Source of the DNA: Camelus ferus
Lineage: Eukaryota
DNA: 64,000 nt
Direction of reading: 5' to 3'
Assembly: GCF_009834535.1 (NCBI RefSeq)
Contig: NC_045696.1
Location: 111,912,001 to 111,976,000 of the forward strand
Shown: positions 26,041-35,378 of the stretch, piece by piece
Numbering within the stretch: position 1 is the first letter of the stretch
Layout: each line of letters begins with the position of its first letter
Made by a program: the position numbers and the translations under genes
Notes under the pieces: model-generated
What the model was told of the DNA's origin: nothing
The model's database searches: none
The model's input: the letters and a program-made list of their open reading frames with translations, nothing else

Positions 26041-26208
26041 AAACCGAAGAAAACATCTTTTGATCAGGATTCAGATGTGGACCTCTTCCCATCAGACTTC
26101 ACTTCTGAACCACCCTCTCTGCCACGGAGCGGGCGGGCTAGGAAAGAAGTAAAATACTTTGCAGACTCTGACGAAGAAGAAGATGTTGATTTTGCAATGT
26201 TTAATTAA
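26041..26208 (+). CDS. TOP2B: TOP2B last coding exon (KPKKTSFDQDSD...VDFAMFN*)
   Basis: tctag| acceptor; 168 nt up to TAA at 26206-26208. Confidence 0.97.
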   Translation, partial: KPKKTSFDQDSDVDLFPSDFTSEPPSLPRSGRARKEVKYFADSDEEEDVDFAMFN

Positions 26209-26515
26209 GTGCCCAAAGAGCACAGAAACATTTTTCAACAGATAACTTGTGTTGTCCTTTTGTCTTTTCTGTCTCAGACTTTTGTACATCTGGCTTATTT
26301 TAATGTGATAATGTAATTGATGGTTTTTTATTATTGTGGTAGGCCTTTTAACATTTTGTTCTTACACATACAGTTTTATGCTCTTTTTTACTCATTGAAC
26401 TGTCATGTACTGTCCGATTGGCTTGTAGAACTGTTATAGACTGTTGTGCATTAGCACAGATTTTAATTGTCATGATTGCAGACTACAGACCTGCTTTTTG
26501 AAATGAAATTTAAAC

Positions 26516-26521
26516 ATTAAA
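26516..26521 (+). terminator. TOP2B: TOP2B polyadenylation signal (ATTAAA)
   Basis: ATTAAA about 310 nt after the stop, followed by a GU/U-rich tract (ctgtgttttctgtctcttt, 26529-26547). Confidence 0.7.
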
Positions 26522-26579
26522 AATGGAACTGTGTTTTCTGTCTCTTTACTCACGATGACAGTAGTAAAAGCTCCCATAC

Positions 26580-27853
26580 ACCTTTAAAATAAATATATTT
26601 TATTCTTTGCCAGGAGACTCCATGGAAAAAGGTAAACAGTATATGAACATAGAAAGCATTGTTAAACAATCTCAATGTACAAACAGCCAGTGAAAGTACA
26701 TCACAGACTTGCTAATATATCAAAAAAAAAAAAAAAATCCCACTAGTGCTTAAATGAGAACTAAGAAACTGACACTGGTATCTGTTAACCACTCTACCCC
26801 AGCTTCCATTCTGTTTCATAGTGATTGAACAAGGCCAGAGGACACAGAGTCTCTGCCCATGTCTTTGGGACTTAATGGAAAATAAAACAAACCGATATTA
26901 AGCAGGAATCTGCAAGGCTACGCGAGCCCCATGGTGCAGGTGGTGGCCCAGCCTGTCGGTGAGCCCGTGACACTGCCCTAATGGCTTGTGAACAGGTAAA
27001 CAACAGCTTATTAACACTGGAAAGTGTTTCCGCCTTGGAGGCTATCATTACTGTAAAAAGGGATCTTTTTTAAAAAAATTGTGTAGTTATGTCATTAAAC
27101 AAGTAATAAACCACTTTTAATTTAAAGTGACATTAATTGAACAAATGACATTTGATTAACTGAACTGGCAGTTACACTGATACAGAATTCTCTTCTGCTA
27201 GTGCAGCGAATTTGTGTACTTTTACTGGGCAACAAGAAATAAAAAGATGCAGTCTGAGAGCATCAGAAAGAGCAAGGACAAGCCTCTACACTAACTAAAT
27301 TAGAGCATCTTTAGCCTTACCTTGTCACACTGTACAACAGTCCCGTCTCCTTACCTCGAGGTCTTGATTATTCTGTGAAAGCAAGACGGTTATCTTTTTG
27401 AACCTGTCTTAATGGACATGTACAGTAATCGGTTTCATAACCTTGGCGTCTCAGTTACGGGGAGTAAGCAAGACAGGAGAGCACCAGACATACAGGAGAG
27501 AGAGAACAGAGCCAACTTCTGTATGTACAGAGTCTTCAGAAACTTAACCAGGGGTAAATCATTTTGACTGGGTCTTTGCCATGCAATCTTGAGTGTTCAA
27601 AGAGGAAAACAGAAGCTTGTAACTAGTTTTGGGTTGCATGAAATGGCTGATTTTTAGAATTTAAAAAGTTTGTATTTCTAGGTAAGTTAGACAGTGAGGG
27701 GTATATACTGATACATATGAAAACTTCTTGGTCCTTCTTGAGTTTCGATATATTTTCAGTCCAAAAACTAAGCAGCAGTAAAAATGTTTCTTCTTGCATT
27801 TTAAATCCCGATGTGAAGGTACTGGGGAATGTCTGAAGTAGCGGGAGAGTGTC
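26580..27853 (-). other. RARB: RARB 3' UTR
   Basis: Lies between the TAG stop and the AATAAA; AU-rich, with a poly-U run and several miRNA seed and Pumilio motifs. The distal end is approximate. Confidence 0.8.
26599..26604 (-). terminator. RARB: RARB polyadenylation signal (AATAAA)
   Basis: Plus-strand TTTATT reads AATAAA on the minus strand (...ggcaaagAATAAAatatatttatt), about 1.25 kb past the RARB stop. Confidence 0.75.
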
Positions 27854-28050
27854 CTATTGCACCAGTGGTGACTGACTGACACCGCTGTTGTCCACCGAGC
27901 TGGGTGAGACGCTGGGACTGTGCTCTGCCGTGTTCCCACTTGAACTGGGGGTCAAGGGTTCATGTCCTTCAGAATTCTCCAGCATTTCCTGAATGAGAGG
28001 TGGCATCGATCCGGGGATTTCCATTTTCAAGGTAATTACACGTTCTGCAC
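27854..28050 (-). CDS. RARB: RARB last coding exon ([29 protein letters not shown]...SQSPLVQ*): helix 11/12, AF-2, F domain
   Basis: tttttaaaag| acceptor; 197 nt to [13 protein letters not shown]-2 core. Confidence 0.97.
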
Positions 28051-28442
28051 CTTTTAAAAAGAGATAATAGAAATCTGCTAGAGATAAGGAGTTAGGGTGA
28101 ACACTGGGGCCAACTTTCGTGTCCTTTAACAAGGGGGAGAACGGTGCTACCAGTGCCGCCCGGAGGCCACCCTAATCGCACAGCATGAACACGTTTCCAC
28201 TTCATCTGTAGAAAAAGCAGCAGCGACGTGATGACATGCTTACATTTGATCATTCTATGCCTCAGTCGGTGTTAGAAAGCAGTATCAGTATATATTTACT
28301 TGACATAATTTACAAAGAAGTTCCTGATAAAAGACCAAAAACAGTGTATCTTGGAAATGAGCCCGCTGAGAGGGTTCCAGTGACCCACAAACGGAGGAAG
28401 TGACTTGAGTAATAAGTGTGTGGTGATGGTCAGCGACAGAGC

Positions 28443-28603
28443 AGTGCACTGCCCCACAGGGCAGCCGCTAGTTATGTGTGGCTGTTCAAACTTAAATCCA
28501 TTAAGTTAAATACAATTAGGAAACCAGTGTCTCAATTGCATTAACCACATTTCAGGTGCTTGAGTGCCCCGAGTGCTAGTGGACGACGCGGGTTACAGAT
28601 ACA
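28443..28603. mobile_element. MER3-like hAT-Charlie element
   Basis: gccgctagttatgtgtggctgttcaaacttaaa...accacatttcaggtgcttgag...ctagtgg. Confidence 0.65.
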
Positions 28604-29564
28604 GGGAGCGGCAGTGTTCGTTCACGACCTCACTGTTTTAAAATCAAAGACGTCAAAATTACAGTGGTCAAGCACTGGTTTCTTCTACACTGAGTTCCAC
28701 GCCAGGGATGAACTCGGTGTCTCACTTAAGAAACCTCTAAGAAGGAGCTCAAGAATTGAAACTCCCTGTCAAGCAGGTTTATGGTGCTTCTAAGCACTTT
28801 CTGAAATGGAGTTTGTTCCTTGGCTCACCAGGGTCTTCAGAGACAGAGTGCGCGCAGCGGGAAGGGGAGTGACAAGCAGCAGGTCTGGTGCCCGGGGCGG
28901 CTGCCGAGCTTTCTCTCTGGTAGGGAAACCCCGCTCCAACACGCAGCTGTCACAGGGCTCCAGGCGCTTCTGTAACTGCTCCAGGTGCCTGTAACCTGGA
29001 AATCACTAGGCAGAAACAGTTCCACCTCTCCGGAAGGCGAGAGCGTCTCTGCCTAGGGGCGTGCAGAGGTGCCCCTGCCTACGCGCGGGGGCGCCGCGGC
29101 CAGGCTGAGGGACAGGGCCGCGTGACCCGTGACAGCCTAAGCGCCGCTCATCGTTCTTGAGGTTTGGCTGTTCAGGAAAAACTGGAATCATGTCTACACA
29201 AACCAGAGCATGTGTGGAAAGCTGGAATGAAATGGAATGTGTGGAAAACTAGGAAACTGAGAAGCCTGCCATATTGTACGTTCTCTTGGACACAGTTTTT
29301 CTAATCATTCGCTTAAGTCATCTGAATTTTAAAGCTCTATAATCTGTTAAGATCACTGGGGTAGGGTAAGATTTGAGTTTTTCTTTTTTTTAAGGGTAGG
29401 TACTATTTTCATTGCTTTTGATTTCAATGAGAAATGAATTCCAAAATAGTAAAAAAGCAGTCTTATCAAACATCCTGAATTAAAACACGGGGTTTGAAAA
29501 AAGCAGTGCAACGTGGTGGGGACTGAGCTCACCTGGCGGGCGAGCACGGCGGACAGGGACGTAC

Positions 29565-29723
29565 CTTTAGCACTGATGCTGCGGAGATCCGTGATTTTCA
29601 TTAAGATCTTTGGAAACATGTGAGGCTTGCTGGGTCGTCTCTTTCTGATATAAATTTTTAGTGCTTCCAGCAATGGTTCTTGTAGCTTATCGACTTTTGT
29701 TGGTTCCTCAAGGTCCTGGCGGT
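29565..29723 (-). CDS. RARB: RARB exon ([19 protein letters not shown]...[11 protein letters not shown])
   Basis: tctag| acceptor, |gtacgt donor, 159 nt. Confidence 0.97.
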
Positions 29724-30549
29724 CTAGATACCAGGAATGAAGCATTAAGCAATCAGTATCAGGACAGAAAGAGTTATGCACTTTGCAGGCTAGAGAATTT
29801 CCGCCCATTTCCTCTCTTCCTGCTTCCGCTGTGTCATAACTTTATTAATTTGATGATTCAATCACACAAACAAATCTGAGGACACTGCAACTGCTTCAGG
29901 CAATGATACTTGAAAATGATTGTCCTTGTTGATCAAAACCACATTTTGATGGCTGGTTGCTTTCGTCCCCAGCAGAGAATTACTTCTCATGACCAGGAGG
30001 TGTCACTACTGAACTGAATTAGAAACCTTGAGCAGGATGGTTAAAAAGGCAAGGTGAATCAGTCCCCTAATTAAAGCTGGTTACTCTTTAATCACTTACG
30101 ATTCAGCCTCCCCTGAGCCAGCAGGGGTCACTACAGAGAAGAAAGCCCTGTTTATCCCAGTCTTCCAAAGGTTGGTATGGGGCCAGCACAAGGACTTGTA
30201 GTCCCAGCCACTAAACTAGCAAACAGCACAGGCAAGTTCCTTGGTGCTTCCTTAAAATGTCCCTAGGCAATTTATTTAACAACAATCTGATCCTACCTTA
30301 ACAAAAAATACCTGTGGCAACTGGAGAAATAACATTTTGGTATTGCAGAACAGAAAGACCCCGAATACCTTTAATTTTATAAAAAAATATTGAAGAATGC
30401 AACAAACTCTAAGCATGCATGCCTGGCTTTGTTCACATGTCTTTTTCCATGCAAAATAACTCCAAACTGGAGATGAGGAATTTCCCATAAATTACAAATG
30501 TAAGCTGTTCTTCAGGAAATCTCGTGAGGGTTTTCTGGGTGCTGGGTAC

Positions 30550-30754
30550 CTCCACAGATCAAGCAGATGGCGCTGAGAAGGCCCGTCTCAGTGTCATCCA
30601 TCTCCAGAGGCAGGAGCTGGCTGGCGAAGGTGAACACGAGGTCGGTCAGAGGGCCGAAGCCGGCGTTGTGCATCTGGGTTCGATTCAGGGTCAGGCCATC
30701 CGAAAATGTCATGGTGTCTTGTTCTGGGGTGTACCTGGTGCAGATTCTGAGAAT
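30550..30754 (-). CDS. RARB: RARB exon ([20 protein letters not shown]...[11 protein letters not shown])
   Basis: tccag| acceptor, |gtaccc donor, 205 nt. Confidence 0.97.
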
Positions 30755-31019
30755 CTGGAAGAAGACAACCACGTCTGATGGGGCATCAGAGCGAGCCTGC
30801 CCTGACAGCCTCCATGAGATCAGGGCAGGAGATCACGTGGAGATTTCCTGGGAGCTCCTGCAGCACCAGAGCCGCTCACCCCTCTTTGGATGTGAATGTC
30901 CCCCCAGCTCTTCCTTCAAAAGACCACAGAAGTCAAAACCCGGGCTAAAGCTATTTAGGGAATAATAAATAGGATGCAAGAAATTTTGAGAAGTATCTGT
31001 TTATACTAAAAGTAATTCA

Positions 31020-31330
31020 TCTGACTCAAATAAACATTTACTGAGTACCTACTTATGTCTCAGGCACTGTGCCAGGTGCTGGGGAGAAAAAGAGGAAAAA
31101 GATTCTATCTTTTTTTTTTTTTTAAGAGTTTACAGTCTACCAAAAAGAAAGACCAATATTTACCATTTATTAAATGTCCAGTGTATACTGAGTGTTCACA
31201 TGCTCTCCATTCGCCTTCCCAATAACTCGGTGGGGCCAACAGGATTCTCATCTTACAGATTAGGCTCAGAAAGGTTAAGCCATGTACCCAGGGTCACACA
31301 ATTAAGACATGGCTGAATCTGACTCCTCCC
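31020..31330 (-). mobile_element. L2 3' end followed by MIR
   Basis: aaacatttactgagtacctact...caggcactgtgccaggtgctgggga (L2), then catcttacagat...ggctcagaaaggttaag...cccagggtcacaca (MIR). Confidence 0.7.
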
Positions 31331-33530
31331 AAGTCAGGCTCCCTGACTTGTGATGTCTCTGATTCGACGGGTCCACAGAGGACTACGATCCACGGGGCAA
31401 GAGAGGAATGAGCAGGGCGCCAGTGCGTGGAAGAGGGGACACTACGGCACAGCCGGCAGGAAACCCAGGGCAGATCCACGGACAAGAGGTGACACCTCAG
31501 CTAAGCCAAGAAGCCTGGGTGGGACTGCTCTAGAAAAGCAGCCTGGGTCTCGTGCCGCAGCCTCCCAACCCCGCCTGGCACGCCCTTGGTCTGCAGCCCT
31601 GCTGCTGCCCGTGGTCCCCCCGCGGCCCCGTCAGCACCCCGCCGGTGAGGGGCTCCGCGGCTCCTGTCCGCCCGGGACCCTAGCTCTGCACCGATGACCG
31701 GGAAGGGCCTCCCGCCAGCCGAGTCTCCACACTTGACCCAGCGAGAAAGTAATCCCGCCTGGACAAAGGTGACCAGCCCGGCAGGCTGAGGGAGCTGAGA
31801 GCACCTTCCAGACGTGTGACGGGCTGTCGTCTCCAAGACGCTCCACCTCGGAGTCAGCCCGGAGGCCGACACTGACCGAAGGGTCCGCGCCTTCCGGTCC
31901 CGCCACCGCGTGCGGAGGGTGGGCCCTGGGGGAGGGACAGACGCCCCCCTCCCCCGGCTCCCAGCAGGGCCACTAAGAGAACTTCGGTCAAATCCTGCCC
32001 CTTGTCAGGGAAGTGCTGGGGGTTTGGGGCCAGGACACGTCTGGTGGGGAAGACCGTCCCCTCTGCTTGGCGGTGAGCACACAAGAGCCTCAGCCACTGG
32101 CCCTCACGAACCAGGAGGCAGTGCTGTTGTCCCGCAAAGATCCCGTGCTCCGGTGTCCTTGCTCGGGCCCTCTGGGAAGCCAGCTATGAGCCGGCCCGGA
32201 GCCGGCCCTGCTCCTACACGCAGCCTGGGCTCGGGCGAAAGCACCAGGCTGCCCTGCGGGGAGAGGGCATCTGTGGAACAAAAAGCCTGACTCCAGTGTC
32301 CTCTTGGCCAGAAGACACCTGAGGGGAGAAGCTGAGTGTCAGCGCACCCCAGCACCAACACATAGGAACAGCTCCGGTCTGGCCAATGGCCGACCATAGG
32401 CCTGCGAGCTGTCAGCGGCTCACTGAGAAACCCGGTCCAAACGGCAGCTCACAAAACGGCTTTCAGACTATTCCACTCTGAAGGGGTTTCCTCCTCAGAA
32501 GCGGGACAGCATTTGGATGCTGATGAAGCATTTGAACTATGTCCTGTTGCCTCTCTCCCTAGAAAGTTCAAAACCAAAACCAAGTGTAAACGGGCCATCC
32601 AGAGAGGAGGGCGGGTGGCCGGGACGGAGGAGCCCCTGCCCCACTCCCTGTCGCCCTGGGCTGGGCCAGGCAACCCTGGACACAAACCCAGGAGCTGCAT
32701 CTTGTCACACTAAAGTCAAATGCCAGGAAAACCACCAAGTGCTTCTCCAGGATAAAGCGCCCTTTGTTTGAAAGGAGGCTGTTTTATCTGAACAGAGGAG
32801 CACGCCGGCCCCACGAGGTGGGTAAAAATAGCCCTGGCACGGCCAGCGCACAAAGGAGGGGCCAGGCGACAACACAGAGCTCGTTCATGGGCAAAACCGA
32901 CCCTCCCTGGGGCAGGGAGAACCCTGTCCCCCTCAAGGACACCGAATGCCATCCACTGCCTGCTGCGGCCGAGGAGCAGGGGCCAGGGAAGGGCTGAGTA
33001 TGTGAGACCCAGAGACGGAGAGCCCCTCGTCCACTTCTGCTTGTCCCCTTAGTGACTGCCCCAACCCAAGCCACCTCTGCCCCTCCGCGGCCAGGGCCTC
33101 GGAACCGTCCTGTGTCTCCAGTCCAGCCCCGCAGCCAGAGCCGCTGCTCGACACAGTCATCAGAGCCATCTCCCCCTCGCCAACACCCCCAACCAATGGT
33201 TTCCGGACCTCTTCAGACCCACAGACTCCGGCCTCTTCCTGCAGCCCCGCTGCCTTCAGCTGCCCCTCCGCCCTGCTTGTTAATGTCCGCCCCACGCTTT
33301 CCTCTCTGAGCCTTGCAGCAGAGCCTTTGCACTGTTTTGTGCTGTTCCCTCTGCATTTCACACTTATCCACTGATCTTCACGTGCCTGACTCGTCTAGTC
33401 AAGGCTCAGCTCAATGTCACCTCCTCAGAGAGCACAGGGAACACACTTCCCCCAAAACCATTATTTTATATCACATCCCCCTATTTTTTTGAAATATGAA
33501 ATAAATGTTTAAACATTGAGGTGTAACATG

Positions 33531-34037
33531 TGTGGTGGTTTTCAAACATGCCCCCAAATTCTTTGCTCCTACCCACTCTGAGGAGCAAAGCTTCATTCCC
33601 CTCCCTGCGAGTGTGGCTGGAGCCACTGCCTTGACTCCAATGATGGGATGCAGGGAAGTGACAGCTGGTGATGAGGCCGTGGGAGGGGTGGCGGCCGCTC
33701 CTCGCCCACTCTCCCATCTCTTTACTCTGGGGAAGCCAGGTGACGTGGCATGAGGACGCTCATGCAGCCCCCTGGGGAGGCCCTGTGGCAAAAAGCCCAG
33801 CCCTGCGGTCAACAGCAGACGTGAGGCATCATCCTGTGGGCAGCCTGTCCAGCCCCGGTCGGGCCTTCAGCTGAGGCTGCTCTGCTGACATCCTCAAGGA
33901 AGCCTCATGAGAGCCCCAGACGCAGAACCACCTGGCTCTGTGAGTTCCTGACCAAAAGGGGCTGTGACATAACACGTATTATCTCAAGCCGCTAAGTTTC
34001 GAGGCAGCCTGTTACGCAGCGGCAGATAACTAATGCA
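33531..34037 (+). mobile_element. MLT1 (MLT1F-like) MaLR solo LTR
   Basis: TGTGGT...CA termini ending tgttacgcagcggcagataactaatgca; near-TSD acatg (33526-33530) and acata (34038-34042). Confidence 0.8.
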
Positions 34038-34400
34038 ACATACATGGGCCATACACCCACCTCAAGTGCACACACAGCTGTGTGTACCCCAAGCATGGGC
34101 CTGCGTGAGCTCCCCAAGATCAAGGCACAAACAGTCCTAGCGCCTACAGGCTCCCTGGGCCCTTCCCAATCAAACCTCCTCCCAAGGGCTCCATCATTCC
34201 ATCACTTTGACCTCTGTTTCTATGGCCTCATTCTGCCTGTTTCTGAACTGCAGGTCAGTGGAGTCACACAGCACTGTCTGGCTTCTCTTCACTCCGTATC
34301 TCGGCCGGGAGATACCCCGTGCTGGCGTGGGGAGCAGGGGTCTTTTTCACCACTGTGTAGTACTCCCAAATGCCACCCAGTACCCTACTTTACTCTCCTC
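34038..34400 (-). mobile_element. L1M(D/E)-like 3'-end fragment interrupted by the MLT1
   Basis: cattgaggtgtaacat (33513-33529) continues after the LTR as acatac...ggctccctgggcccttcccaatc...tctgcctgtttctgaact...tgtctggcttctcttcact. Confidence 0.65.
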
Positions 34401-34974
34401 GCAGGCTGGTGCTCTGAGCCTCCCAACTCATCACCCTCCAGAAGACACGCTTCTACAAGGGGACTGCTCTTCACCTGTCTTGCTCCTTGCCATTTCCTTG
34501 CCATCTAGGGCAGTGTTGTCCACACAGCAGGTGACTGATGAATATTTACCCACTTATTAATGAAATGGATTCCCTCATCTGACTCTCTCCCACCTTGTAA
34601 TCCCCTGAAGGGGGTTTAGGAAGTTCAGGGATTTCTAAGTTTTTGGCAAAGGAGAAAGCTCCAACTGCTCACCCATCTCAGTCTCTGTACTCATAGTATT
34701 TGAGTCTGGGGGGCAGACCCTGATCTGATTTTCCTATTTATCCTCCTGTGCTATGGGAACGCTGGGTGGTGGTGATGACACAGCAGCACAGAGCTCTGCC
34801 CGGCCGTCTCCCTCCGCAGCACATGGGGCCTCGTGTGGGCGCTCATGGGACACAGCGTTGCCCCTACGGGACCTGCTCGCAGTCTCCTGTTCCTGAGGAG
34901 GAGGCGTGTGCTGGGAGCGCAAGTCTCTTCTCGCTGCGCTGCCTCTGAAACCAGGGCTCAGGGAGTCGTTATTT

Positions 34975-35200
34975 AAAATGTTAGGAGAAATATGTGAAAT
35001 TAAATTTAATAATCTATTTAATTTAACCTAATAGATCCAAAATACTGTTTCAACATGGAACCAACATAAAGAATCGTTAAGGAGATACTTTACATGATTA
35101 AACGCTAAGTCTCTGAAATCGAGTATTTCCTGCACAAGCACGGTGCTCACACCAGCCACATTTCAGGAGGCAGGAGGCCACTGTCCTGGGCAGCACAGCT
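34975..35200. mobile_element. MER33-like hAT-Charlie element
   Basis: gtgaaattaaatttaataat...tttaacctaatagatccaaaata...tttcaacatg...ctaagtctctgaaatc...agccacatttca. Confidence 0.7.
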
Positions 35201-35280
35201 CTGGACGGCACACGTGTGGGCGTGGGGGGGCCACACGCACATACACGGACAGCTCCCGGAGACGCTCCGGGCTCCCGGCC

Positions 35281-35378
35281 AGGAGGAGGACGAGGAGAAG
35301 GACAACGAGGGGGAGGATGAGGAGGAGGAGGATGAGCAGGAAGAAGAGGAATAAAGGAGGAGCAGGAGGAGGTGGAGG
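35281..35378 (+). repeat. Purine-rich (GAG/GGA)n low-complexity tract at the tail of a MIR (about 35385-35610)
   Basis: aggaggaggacgaggagaagg...; adjacent MIR features cttcaggcgcattatcccc...tgaggctcagaga...gggtttgaacccaggagtctgg. Confidence 0.7.

Larger units (their letters stand above)
741..26545 (+). other. TOP2B: TOP2B gene span in window (5'-truncated; 23 coding exons plus 3'UTR)
   Basis: The 23 GT-AG exons join with consistent phases into 1060 aa ending ...RKEVKYFADSDEEEDVDFAMFN*, the recognisable TOP2B C-terminus. The 3' end position is approximate. Confidence 0.97.
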
